From Candidatus Margulisiibacteriota bacterium (GTDB lineage Bacteria; Margulisbacteria; WOR-1; O2-12-FULL-45-9), in contig JAYEOW010000043.1 in assembly GCA_034723395.1 (NCBI GenBank), positions 1 through 29,467 on the forward strand: 29,467 nucleotides of DNA, in the 5' to 3' direction. The translations under genes and the position numbers were made by a program. Shown here piece after piece: positions 8,589-21,200 of the stretch (its first letter is position 1; the number at the start of each line of letters is the position of its first letter). Under the pieces are notes generated by a model, which was not told where the DNA came from, searched no databases, and was given only the letters and a program-made list of their open reading frames with translations.

Positions 8589-9215
8589 ATGAAAAAAATA
8601 GTAGTTTTATTGGTTATCGGATTGTTGTTATCTGGTATCGTTTTTGCGATGGGGGAGAAACCTCCAAAAATGGATCGAACTGAAATTCCACAAGAATGGA
8701 AAACTTATGTCAGCAAATATGGATTTTCAATATCATATCCTTCAAATTGGCAATTAACGCCGGCTGTAAATGCAAAGTCAATGGAGGAGAGCGAGAGATG
8801 GGCAAAAGAGGGATATGATTCATTCAGTATTTATTCGCCTTCTAATAATTCTAATGCGGGGTTAGCAATTGAATGCTTTACTGATACGGACACAGTAATA
8901 CAATTGTCTTATAAGGATATATCTATTCCTGATGACCCAGCAGGGCGGATATTGTTTTTAGCGAAAGAATCTCCCTTCACCATAAAGTACAAAAAAAATA
9001 TGATTAATAATATAGAAGAAATAAAAGTAAACGGAGGTCAGATATATCTAGTTCATGATAATACCGAATTTTCAGGGACAACAGTACTATTTTATTTAGA
9101 AAAAAAGAAGTTTTTTTGTGTTTTAGATGCCTATTATCCAAGCTCGACCCCAAATAAAGAAAAAGAATATAAGGAGATATTTATTAAGATTGTTAAAACA
9201 ATGAGTATTTTATGA
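8589..9215 (+). CDS. Exported protein, PsbP/Mog1-like start (WKTY..YGFSISYP.NW); candidate immunity/partner protein
   Basis: Sec signal MKKIVVLLVIGLLLSGIVFA, strong SD, AT-rich, ATGA overlap with the giant gene. Confidence 0.8.
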   Translation: MKKIVVLLVIGLLLSGIVFAMGEKPPKMDRTEIPQEWKTYVSKYGFSISYPSNWQLTPAVNAKSMEESERWAKEGYDSFSIYSPSNNSNAGLAIECFTDTDTVIQLSYKDISIPDDPAGRILFLAKESPFTIKYKKNMINNIEEIKVNGGQIYLVHDNTEFSGTTVLFYLEKKKFFCVLDAYYPSSTPNKEKEYKEIFIKIVKTMSIL

Positions 9216-12200
9216 TTAAATGTTTTAAAGTTATTTTAATATTATTCGTTTTATTTTGTAGTACGTCAATGGCGATTGCTGAATTTTCTGTAACCAGGGT
9301 CAAGCCAATTGACTACAACCCCAAAATAGAAAAGTATGGAAATTATATAAACCATAACTATGGTGAATATCGTGGAGGAGCTTCTTATAAATATCACGAC
9401 GGGTTCGATTATTATGCAAGAGGGGATCAGGTACTCCCCGTTTCCCCTGGCACTGCCCACGTTTACCCTGATCTAACAAAGAAAGTAATAAAGTCAACAA
9501 TTCCGGTTAATGAATTTGTTGCAGTTGAGAATTTATTTATTGATCCGACAAAAACGACCTTGGTGTTTAAGCCCAATATCACAGTTGCAAGCATTGAGAG
9601 CTGCTCTATCGTGGATGGAACAAAACTTATTTTGAAACAAGGCTTGGCAGGGGAAAATGAAGGCTGGGGGCATTGTGTTATAGTTGATCATGGAACATTC
9701 CAAACTCGCTATGCTCATTTAAGCAGGATTGATGTGTCAGAGGGGCAATGGGTGGATACTTCAATTGTGTTGGGGTTATCGGGGAACACGGGAAAATCAA
9801 GCGGAGAACATCTTCATTTTAGCATGGGAAATAATGGAGCGACTAAAAATAATCTTGCTCCAACAAACACGGAGAATCCCATACTCGCGGGGTTGAAACA
9901 GCCAAAATACGGTAAGATTGAAAAAGTTGCCTGCCCTAATGGTTTTGACATAAGATTATTAGCAACAGGAAAAGACGGGACATTTGGCGGATCAAACGGT
10001 GTGATCTTGAGCGATGCGAATGAAACGATCAATATTCCGAAACCTGGGCAACCACTAAAAGCAGTTATTAGTGCTTATCATTATACAGGCAGGGCTTATA
10101 CAACTCCGTACAAGATCGAATTTGAAGTTGAAAAGATTAGAGGGGCAAATGATTTTGTTAAACGGAAACGGGAGATTGTATTTGATTCAATTGCCAATAT
10201 TAACAAGATGACCGTTCCGCCGTATGACTTTTCCCGACCTTATGTTACTCAATCTAAAAGGACAGAAGATTATTATTCGGTTAAATTTACGCCGACAGCT
10301 GGAAGATATAGAATTACTGCAAAAATATATTCCTGCTATAGAGATGGTCCAGGCGATACCGGTTTTCATCTGTCTGATCCCCTGGTGGCTGAAAGGGAAA
10401 TAACCGTTGGTTTGAATGGCGCCAATCTCGATTGGTACGATCCTGCTGTTTCCTATGCCTGGTTACCGGACGATATCGCAAGCCGGGGGATTATGCTGGC
10501 CAGTGTGCCGACGCCGGTTGGGGCGGCGGGAGTGACAGCGAGTGATGCAACTGCTACATCAATACCGGAAGTATTCTATGCTTACGCGAACAATAATATT
10601 ATAACCAGTAACCTTATTGACGTTGATCAAAACCTCCAGCAGAAAGCATTAATCGAAGCGCGATCGACGCCGGAAGCGGACTGGCTAATTGAGATCAGGA
10701 ATAAATCCGGAGGACCTCCGGATCGTATTTCTGTCCCCAAATGCGGCTGGTTAAAACAGGAATGGGGCGCCGGGAAATCTGCTGGAGAATATACCATTAC
10801 AGTTACAGCGAGCAACTCCGCGGGGATAACAACTTATGAATCTTATGACACCATTACGATTGATAATACCAAGCCATCCGCGCTGGTTTATACCGTCACA
10901 AACAGCGTATCGACTGCGGAGCAAACAATTTCAACTCGGATCAGGCCATCTGAAAATTTAAGAAGCATGCTTGTCAATGTGGTCAAAGATGGAGATTATA
11001 ATTCTTTAGTTGAAGAAAGGATCTATTCGACTCCTTTTGCCGAAAAGGATAAAGAAGAAGCGGTTGATTGGGAAGACGCTATTGCTTACCCAGATGGCTT
11101 TTATCGCCTGCAATACGTAATGACCGATGTGGCGGGAAATATTGCAAAGGCCTATTCGCCGATCGTATCAGTTGATAAGAGCGGGGATTATACCGCGCCT
11201 TCTACCACAATCGAAGTGTCTGAACCCGCGCTGCCTGAATTGCCGAAATGGGAAGAGCGGCCGAAAGTGTCGGATGTCGCGTTCGACGATTCAGGCAATG
11301 AATATGTGTTATATGGACGCTATGATAAATTAATTAAATATAATTCAGCAGGCACAATGATTGCCTCAGTTGAAAGCCTGCGCAATCCCCTTGGCCTAGC
11401 CGTTTCCCCCTCCGGCGACCGAGTCTATGTAGCGGATACGTATAATAATCGGATGTTGATTTATGATGGGAAGTTACAGCCAATCAAGGAAATTAAAGGG
11501 AAAGATGTTTATGTTATCTATGGTGATGTGGATTCATATAGTTGGGGATTGGGCGGCATGAATCATTCAGGCGATGCTGGGGGTGGCGAGCATAGTTATT
11601 GGGGAGAGCAATTTGGGTTGCCAGAAGATATTGCGATATTAGGTAATAATGTTTATGTTGCAGACAAAGAAAAACATCGCGTCCTGAAATATGATCAAAA
11701 TGGCAAGTGTGAGGTCTTCTCGAAATTAAAGGCCGATTTAAAGAATGAAGCCCGTAATGCTTATAATCAAAATAATGTAATTTCCGGACGAACTGTTGAT
11801 AGAGCGTTATTTTATTCAAATTCTCTGAACGATCATATTTACTTTGATAAAGGTTCGGTTGATAAAAGCTCTTATGATCGCGGATGGATAAAAGAAATGT
11901 ATGGACATGATAATCCTCCTGGAGCGGGCGATAGTCAATTATTTTTACCAGAGTCGGTTATCGTCGATAATTATAGCTACATCTACATCCTCGACACCGG
12001 CAACCACCGCATCCAGAAATTTTCTCCTGATGGCTCTTTTATTTCCAAATTCGGTTCTGAAGGAAGCGGTCCCGGCCAGTTTAAATCACCTCAGGGGATA
12101 TTTATAGACGAAGACAACCACATCTGGGTGGCTGATACCGGGAACCGGAGGATCCAGGAGTTTAAAAATGATGGGACATTTCTTAAATCCTGGGGTAACG

Positions 12201-15200
12201 CGGAGCTGTTAAGCAAACCGTTAAAATTGGTTGTAAGAAAGGTCGGCAAGAATAAGGCGGTCTATGTGGCGGACGGAGATAAGGACGAAGTCCAAATCTT
12301 CGGGGCTTCGCCGCCTACGGACTTTAGTTTGACGGAAACAGGAGAACAGTTCGTTTCCGGCCGAACATTCACTATCAGCTGGGCAACTTCCGAGGCCGAT
12401 TGGTATGGGCTGAAGAAATATGAAGTTTACGGCAGGACTATCTATGAGGGTATGGACGAAAGCAGTGAAGAATCATGGGTATATCTTAAGAAAAACATTT
12501 CTCCCTCGGAAAATTCCGTGGAAATAACTTTGCCTTACGATGGGATATACGATGTTAAAGTAAAAGCTGTTGATAATAATGGAAATTGGAGGGATTCCGA
12601 TGGGGGGTCATCTTCTGGTGATTCAAGAGACTCATCTCGAATCCTTAGGGCGACAATTGATGCTATCCCGCCCCTTGGCTTTACCCTCGAAGATCCGCCA
12701 GATGGTTATTTAATTGACGGTAAAGACGTAAGGATTGCCTGGAGTGAAGCGCAAGACGAGAATCTTGATTATTACGAGCTTGTGGTCGGTATTGATATTG
12801 ATGATATTCACGAATCAGCAATCTATTCCGCGACATTTGAAGCCGCTGCTACCAGGGAAGTCTGGTTGAAAGATTTGCCCATAGGAAAATATTATATTTT
12901 CATGGCCACTTTTGATAAAGCGGGACATTATTGTCAGGTTAACGGAACAACCGACGTTGCGGGATATAGCTGGCCTGATCTTGCTTCTAATTGGGCTGGC
13001 AAATGGCCGTCCTTTGAAATCGATCCCATTCCTCCCTGGGCTTTTTCCATTTCAAATATCTACGATGGCCAGTATTTTGACGACCGTGATGTAAAAATTG
13101 AGTGGAATGAGGCATATGATACGAATTTAGACCATTATGAAGTATATATCGGAACGGAACAGAATAATATAATGGGAAGCGCGGTATTTACGGCATCTAT
13201 TGAGGCTTCAGCCAGCAGGGAGTGTTGGGCGAATCTTCCCGGAGGGACCTATTGGATTTATATGCGCGCCTGTGACGATCTTGGCAACTATCGCGGCCTG
13301 GATGGAAAAACCAATAGTTCAAAACACGATCTGGATCGAACAGATAATTTAGTGTGGTTTGAAATAGACCATGAACCGCCAGATATTGCTTACGATCCAA
13401 CAGTTGCCCCTCCGGCAACTAATCCCCATTTCTCACCGAATAATGACGGCAAGAAGGATTCGACCATTATCAATTATTATGTTGGCGATGATTCCTATTG
13501 GAAAGTTAACTATCTGCGCATGGATGAGGTTTTGATAGATATTGAAGGAGAGATCATAAAGGATGGAGAGGTTGTAAGGAGCTGGACATCCCGTTCGCCG
13601 CCTGGCTGGAATGAGTTTATCTGGGATGGCGGTTCCCCTCTCCCCCTGGGAGAGGGGGCAGGGGTGAGGGCGCCTGACGGCACTTATACTATTAAAATCA
13701 CAGCTGCCGACAAGGCCCTCAACACCGCCGCTGATGAATCGCTTACCGTAGCAGTCGATACCACTCCGCCGGAGATTAATAACATTGTTAACTCCGGAAT
13801 ATTTTCTCCTAATGGGGATGGGGAGTTTGATATAGATACTTTGAGCTTTGAACTATCGGACAATTTAGCAGAAGAACTGGCCACAACCATTGATGTGTTA
13901 AATCCGGCAAATGTTGTAATAAGGAGCGTTGAGGAACCGCGACGTTTAGTCGCAGGTTCCGATTCCATGTCCGTGGTCTGGGATGGCAAAGTGGGTGAGG
14001 TGGTACCTGACGGTGATTATACCTATCTCATCACCACCACCGACCAGGCTGGCAATCAAACCATCAACGATTCGGCATCAGTAACAGTTGATACTACGCC
14101 ACCTGCTTTTTCAGATGTTTCAACCTCTCCAAAGAGAGAAGTTGCTTTTACAGAAGACTCAGGCGCCCTTGATATCAATTTTACCGTTTCAGAAACAGCC
14201 AATGTCAGGATGGGAATCTATGACAGCAATTATTCTATGATCAGAGATTATCTGATTTCTGCTGAAACTGGAATAGCCAATACAATCTCCTGGGACGGGA
14301 GAGACAGCTTCGGTTCGCTTGCCCCGGATAATACTTATATAACCTACGCTTTCTCTGCCACAGACCGGGTGGCAAACTCTTCAGGCTACGCGTCAACCGA
14401 TATTGTGAGGGTTAAAACTCCGGTTACCGGCATGGCTGGAAATATTATATATAGTCCGGATGGAGCGGTGAAGATCATTATCCCCGCGGGCGCGGTAGCG
14501 GAGGGAACAGAACTATATCTTGATATTTTTGATACCCCCCCTGAAACATATACAGTTAACGAGAAGGATAATATTACGTTAACTTATAAACTATATCCTG
14601 AAGACCTTGAATTAAATAAACAGGCGACCATGGTTATCCATTACGATGAGAGCGTCTTGAATTTTGAGCATCAGCCGGTTGAGCTCTGGCGAAGGGGTTC
14701 GGCCTGGACAAAACTATATGGCAATACTCATAGCGATACCTTTACGGCGTATATTGAGAAGAGCGGAGAGTTCGCGTTGTTTGCTGATCTGACTCCGCCG
14801 GCCCCGCCGGTTATTGGTCAGCCGGCTTCTCCAACCAAGGAAGAGTCGATAATCATTGCTGGAACAGCCGAGCCTTATTCGAAGGTAGATTTATGGATCA
14901 ATGGGCTCAAAAGAAGTCCGCCGGTAAATGCTGGCGTTGACGGTAATTTTTCCGCGGGCATAGTCCTTTCGGAGGGCCAGAATTCTATCTATGGACAGGC
15001 GACCGACCAAACCGGTAATGTAAGCTCCGATTCAGGGATTATCAATGTTGAATTAGACACCACCCCTCCGGATATCACTTTAATCTCGCCGCAAACCATT
15101 TATATCTCGCCCAATGGGGATGGAATAAACGATGAGGTGGCAATTTCCGCGGATACCGACGGTGTTTCGATTGTAATCTCCGTGCGGGATAGTCTTGGAG

Positions 15201-18200
15201 CTGTTCTGGCTTCAAGTAATTCGGATACGCTTACCTGGGAAGACCCGTCGGTTGGCGAAGGAACTTATATATATGTGGTTAAAGCCTTTGACGCGCTGGG
15301 AAATGAAGCTAGAAAGCAGGGAGAGATTATTGTTGATAGGACCCTTCCGGAGGCATACCTGGAAGCATCTCCTATAACTTCTATCATCTCAGGCAATCTT
15401 GCCCTTTCGGGAATTGCGGAAGACAGCAATTTTGAAAGATATATTCTGGAATATGGGGCGGGAGGAACTCCATCAAGCTGGACCGAGATCAAACAGGGTT
15501 TTGTCTCGATTAATTATCAAAAATTTGATGACTTTGATACAACTATCCTGGCGGATGGAATTTATACCTTTAGATTAAGGGTCTATGATAAAGCGGGAAA
15601 TTCAAATTCTTCTTTGCTGAGTAAGCGCGCCATCAATTCAGAACTTTATGGAGAGATATCATCACCTGTATTAAATCAGGTGATTACGGGAACGGCTGAG
15701 GTCCATGGAAACATCACCGGAACATATTTTGCGGAATACAGAGTAGAGTATGGAGTTGGGGCAAGCCCCGCTTCCTGGATTACGATTGTGCGCTCTACCA
15801 CTCTCCCGGCAACATCGCTTCTGGCAGCCTGGGATACAAGCCGGGTTCCTGATGGTAATTATACTCTAAGGTTAAATGTGATAAATATTGGTGGGCGTTC
15901 TACTTATAATACTATTCCGGTTGTAGTAGACAACGGAAATCCAGGAGTTTCTATCACTGTTCCGACTTCAAACGCGATCCTTGGAGGAAATATCGAAGTC
16001 GGCGCGGAGATTTCTGATCCGAATTTCTCTTATTATCAAGTCGAATACGCGAGTTCGGATGACCCGAACAATTGGCAAATCATTCAGGATCAGACTTATA
16101 CGATTTCAACTCCTCTGGCAACCTGGGAAACAACGGGGTTAAATGGTGATTATATTATTAAGGTGACAGTGGTTGATGTAGTGGACAATAGTTCATTCGG
16201 CACGGTTATCATCACGGTTGACAATACGACTCCGGAAGCGGCAATTACACAGCCGACTGCGGGTCAGATTTTGAATAATACTGTCCAGATTTCAGGCGCT
16301 GCCAACGATCGGCATTTTTCAGATTACAAATTAGAATATGGTTTTGGGGCTAATCCTGCAAGCTGGACAGAAATCACAACTTCAACTATTCAAGTGGCTG
16401 CTGGAGAACTCGGCAGTTGGGATACGTCTACCTTAGGAACGGATGGGATTTATACCATAAAGCTTACGGTTACCGATCAAGCCGGGAATAGCTCGACCAG
16501 CCCGGTGTCGTTAACCATTGACAATACCAATCCGACCGCTTCGATTGCTTTTCCAACCAATAATCTGGTTATCGCGGATACGGTAAATATTCTTGGAACA
16601 GCGATTGACGAGGCGCACTTTAAGGAATTTAAGGTTGAGTATGGGGAGGGGGAGAATCCTTCCAGCTGGACGCAAATCGGAAACATACACTCTTCCTCAG
16701 TCTTTGGTTCTACCCTTGAAGCTTGGGATACGACCGCGGTAACAGATGGGACCTATACTCTGAAGTTAACAGTCGCGGACTTGCCCGGTAATTCAAGCTT
16801 GGATCAGGCGCCGGTTATTGTAGACAACACGCCGCCGACGGTCTCTATTTCCAATCCTTCTTCCGGAGATATTCTTGCCGGCGCCATAAACATTGCGGGA
16901 ACAGTTTCTGATGACAATCTTGATTCTATACTTTTAGAATATCGGGAAGCTTCCAGTCCCGAATCCTGGCAGGCGATAGCGGCCATAAACCCTTCAAATA
17001 TTGTGAACGATACTATTTATGATTGGAGCGCGTCCAGTCTAAATGGAGATTATATCGTCAGAGTTACCGCAACCGATAAAACCGGGAAAACCACCAGCGA
17101 CGAAGCGGGAATTCGACTGGATAATATTGATCCGGTTATAAATATCACAGCGCCAACCAACGAGTCGATCAATACAGGCGTTGTGGACTTCACTGGAGAA
17201 ATCTCTGATCTAAACCTGGATCAATATACCATCAAATACGGTTACGGTATTGAGCCGACCAGGTGGTTTAGTTTGGCTTCTGACACTGCGTCAAAGACTG
17301 GAACTATATATTCCTGGGATACGCCGAATGTTAAAGATGGTTACTATACAATAAAGGTTGACGCGGCTGACAAAGCAGGAAATTCGTCCAACCGTGAATT
17401 TGTAATAACTATTGATAATGCACCGGCAGTTGCAAAAATTCATGAGCCGACAGCTAACCAGGTTGTAAAAGGAACTGTCGCGGTATCCGGGATTGCCTGT
17501 GATGCTGATTTTACCACGTACAATTTTAAAAAGTATGAAATTAGTGTAGGGGCAGGGCTTGTCCCTGTCCAATGGACAACTATCGAAAGCCTCGTTGTTC
17601 CTAAGATCAATGAGACCTTAGCTAACTGGAATACTGCTCCACTTGCTGATGGAACTTACACTTTGAGGTTGAGAGCGGAAGATATAAGCGGGATAACCGA
17701 AGATACTAAAACAATTGTTATCGACAACACCCTGCCAACCGCTTCAATTTCTTCTCCATCTCAAGGGCAAACCGTAAACGGAAGCATTGAAATAACCGGC
17801 ACAGCTTCGGATACTAATATTGCTGAATATAAAGTTTATTACAAACAATCTAGTTCCAGCACCTGGACAGAGATCGGCAGTGGAACCTCGCCCCTCGTTG
17901 CTTCGACCCTCGCCGCATGGGATACAACAAATGTTGGTGATGGATCATATTCGATAAAGCTTTTGGTAAAAGACCAGGCCGGAAGTGAAAGTGAAATTAC
18001 AAGAGATGTAACGGTTAATAATGATTTAGCAATTGTTAATGACTCAGCATCTCCTGCAATTATATCTCCTAATGGTGACGGAGTAGATGATGTCGCGGAA
18101 ATCGGCTACACTCTTTCTGAAAATAGTCCGGTAACTGTTAAAATCTATAAGAAGCCGCAGTATGATAAGTTTAAGTGGGAAGCGAAGGGGTTTGGGACTT

Positions 18201-21200
18201 ATTATCCATGGCAGGACTTTTCTTATACCATTAACGCATCTGGGACCAATCATCCAAACCAATATTTTGATTATACTTTGAGCGCTTCAGGAACAGAATA
18301 TCCGCCGCAGGTGTTTGATTGGAAGGTGAATGGGTATGGGGTGGAAACTTATTATACTTATTCGCCAAAGACTAGTCCTACCGCATATGCTTATGCAGAT
18401 GATGACAAAGGAGTAGGAGAAAGCTCCACATTTTATCTAAACCATGACCAAACACCAGGACGATTCTACTTTAAAGCTATAGCTGATGGGAACAGTGGTT
18501 GGGATGATGCAAGGAAATATTGGGTATACAGACAAAATGGAAGTGCGTGGGAGGAGGTTTATTACCACCCAACTTATTGCGCAGGGGAATGGAGTTACAT
18601 CGGAAATGCTTCTATTGCAGATAACGGAAGATCGCCTGAATCCACTTTTTATCTTTCGCAAACGAAGTCATTACCGTTTTATGTTGGGACGGATAATAAT
18701 TGCAAAACTTCTGAGATATGGATATACAGGAAAGAAGGAGCCTCCTGGATCACATTTCATCATGAATTAAACCCCGCCGCAAATAAGTGGTTTTGGAAAT
18801 CGCTGACAGGAGGATACCTGTATAAGATTAAGCTTCGAGTAGAACCAAAAAGCGGCACTTATACCAGCGGTGGATTTTACGTGGATAACTTTACTTGGTC
18901 CGCAGGGACTTATAAATTAAAGGTATGGCTCGATGTAGGAATGTGGGATAGTTGCCATGTATATATGTGGATGGATTATAAGCAGAAAAATACATTATAT
19001 TCAAATGTTTCCGACTCCGATTCAGGAAAAGCTACAGTTGATCGAAATAACAATATTGTTTCAGGAAGTGGTAGTGATGCCTATGGCATAACTCTTTCGC
19101 CTCAACATCCGGGCGGCGCCATCAGCGGACATGAGATTGGTCGGGGATATGGAAATTATTATCATGACTATGCAGCCAACCCCTACGTTTCAACTTCTAT
19201 AAGCAACACCACATTTAGCGGAAACACCTGTTCTGGAACAATCAATGCCAGTTATAATTATCCTGGCCATTTGTGGAGTAGTAGCGTGAATCCAAATAAC
19301 AAGAGCTGTAGATCGGGACCAGGCAGTCCTGTAAATTATTCCGAAAGTATAAACAGTCTTATTGCTGTTGATCCGGATGTTCCTAGTCCCAACTTTGCTC
19401 TTTCTGGTAATACGAACTCAAGGGTTTCTCTACACTTCAGTAACGATGGGGCGTCTGTTGTGGGGAGTACTTCTTATGCTCCATCTTGGAGTGGTTCGGA
19501 CAATGATCCAGATTCCTGTAATGCTTTGCAAGGAACAATTACTGTTTCAGAATCGATGTCTAATAAATTTGGCGCTCCAAACGCCTATCCTGATTACAGA
19601 GAATATTCAAGCTTTTCAGTCTCCGATAATAATCCAAATGTTTCGGTTTGGTTTAACAATAGCGGCACAACTTCGACCTCTGATCCGAGTGATTATTTAA
19701 GAGCGAGCACTACGTATTCCGAATCCTGGGATACCTCTGATGATCCGGCGATAGGGAGTGCTGGCTGGATAAAAAGCGTAGAAATTTCGGCGCCGTTTAA
19801 CTACGACGAATCGTCTCAATCGTTTTCAACTGAATATACGCCTCCTTCAGATGTGGTTCTGAGCAGCTGGACGGTAAACCTTAAGAACCCCGATGGAGGA
19901 GCAAGCGCAGATGTTGCGCTGGATGGCACACCAACCGCAGCCGGAGACTTTAATGTTAAAATCTCCGACAGCTTATTGGTCAAGACCCTACAATACAATG
20001 CTTCAACTTCTCCTGGCAATCAAACAATCGAATGGGACGGCAAAAATAATAGCGGAGCCTATGTTGACGACGGAGAATATATCTATTACATTTACGCTGG
20101 ACCAAACATTGTTAAAAAATCTGGCGTGATTAAGGTCGAAAGGTCTTCAGAAATTAGCTCCACTTCATTATCAGAAGAATATATTTCTCCGAACAGTGAC
20201 GGGATAAAAGATAGTACAGCTATCAGCTACACGCTCTCAGAAAACGCTACAGTTAATATTGAAGTATCAGACAGTGATGGAACAGTTGTTAAATCTTTCT
20301 CTGCTTCTGGGAATCAAGGTGCTAATTCATCTTCCTGGGATGGCAGGGATAATGGTGGAACTGTAGTGGAAGACGGAGAATATTTGGTTAAAATAAACGC
20401 GACTAACGGTAATGGCGCTTTGCGTACCAAAGAACTTGCAGTAACTAAAGATAACAATAGCTTGACAGCAGGGGATGTCCCGGCAGAACAGCTTACATCT
20501 TCAGGCAATGATCCGGTTTACTCCCCGGACAAATCAAAAATCGCTTATGTGAAAGATATATCCGGCAAGAAACAAATACACACAATGAATCTACTTACAA
20601 CTAACAACTTACAACTAACAACTGACGGCAATAACCTGCAGCCAGCATGGTCTCCGGATGGAACAAAGTTAACCTGTACTTCAGACCGTTCGGGTAACAA
20701 TGACATTTGGATTATGGATGCTGATGGAGGCAATCAAAGGCAAATAACTTCCGATAATGATTCGGAGACTTCGCCGGCTTTTTCGCCGGACGGACAAAGG
20801 ATTGCTTATGCTTCAAATCGAACCGGAGAACTTGGTATTAACAAATGGAATATCTGGACGGTGGATCTGGACGGCACAAATCCAGCTCAAATAACCGCGG
20901 ATGAGAATACGGCCAAAGATGACTATCCGAGCTTTTCGCCGGACGGGAAAAAGATCGCTTTTGCTTCGGACCAAAGCGGGAATTTTGATGTTTGGAGTGT
21001 GAATCTCGATGGCAGCTCTAAAGCACAGATAACATCAAGTTCGGAAACAGAAACAATGCCTGCCTGGGCTCCAGATGCCTTAAAAATTGTTTACGCGAGA
21101 GATAACGATATATATCTTAGAGAGCTTTCAGGCGGGAGCGAAGTAAACATCGGAAGCGGAGAAAATCCTGCCTGGTCAAGAGACGGAACGGAGGTTGTCT

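Noticed and set aside
18155..19966. Intein as the explanation for the large insertion
   Set aside because: No N-terminal C/S splice motif, no terminal HN and no LAGLIDADG motifs; the composition is that of an extracellular beta protein.
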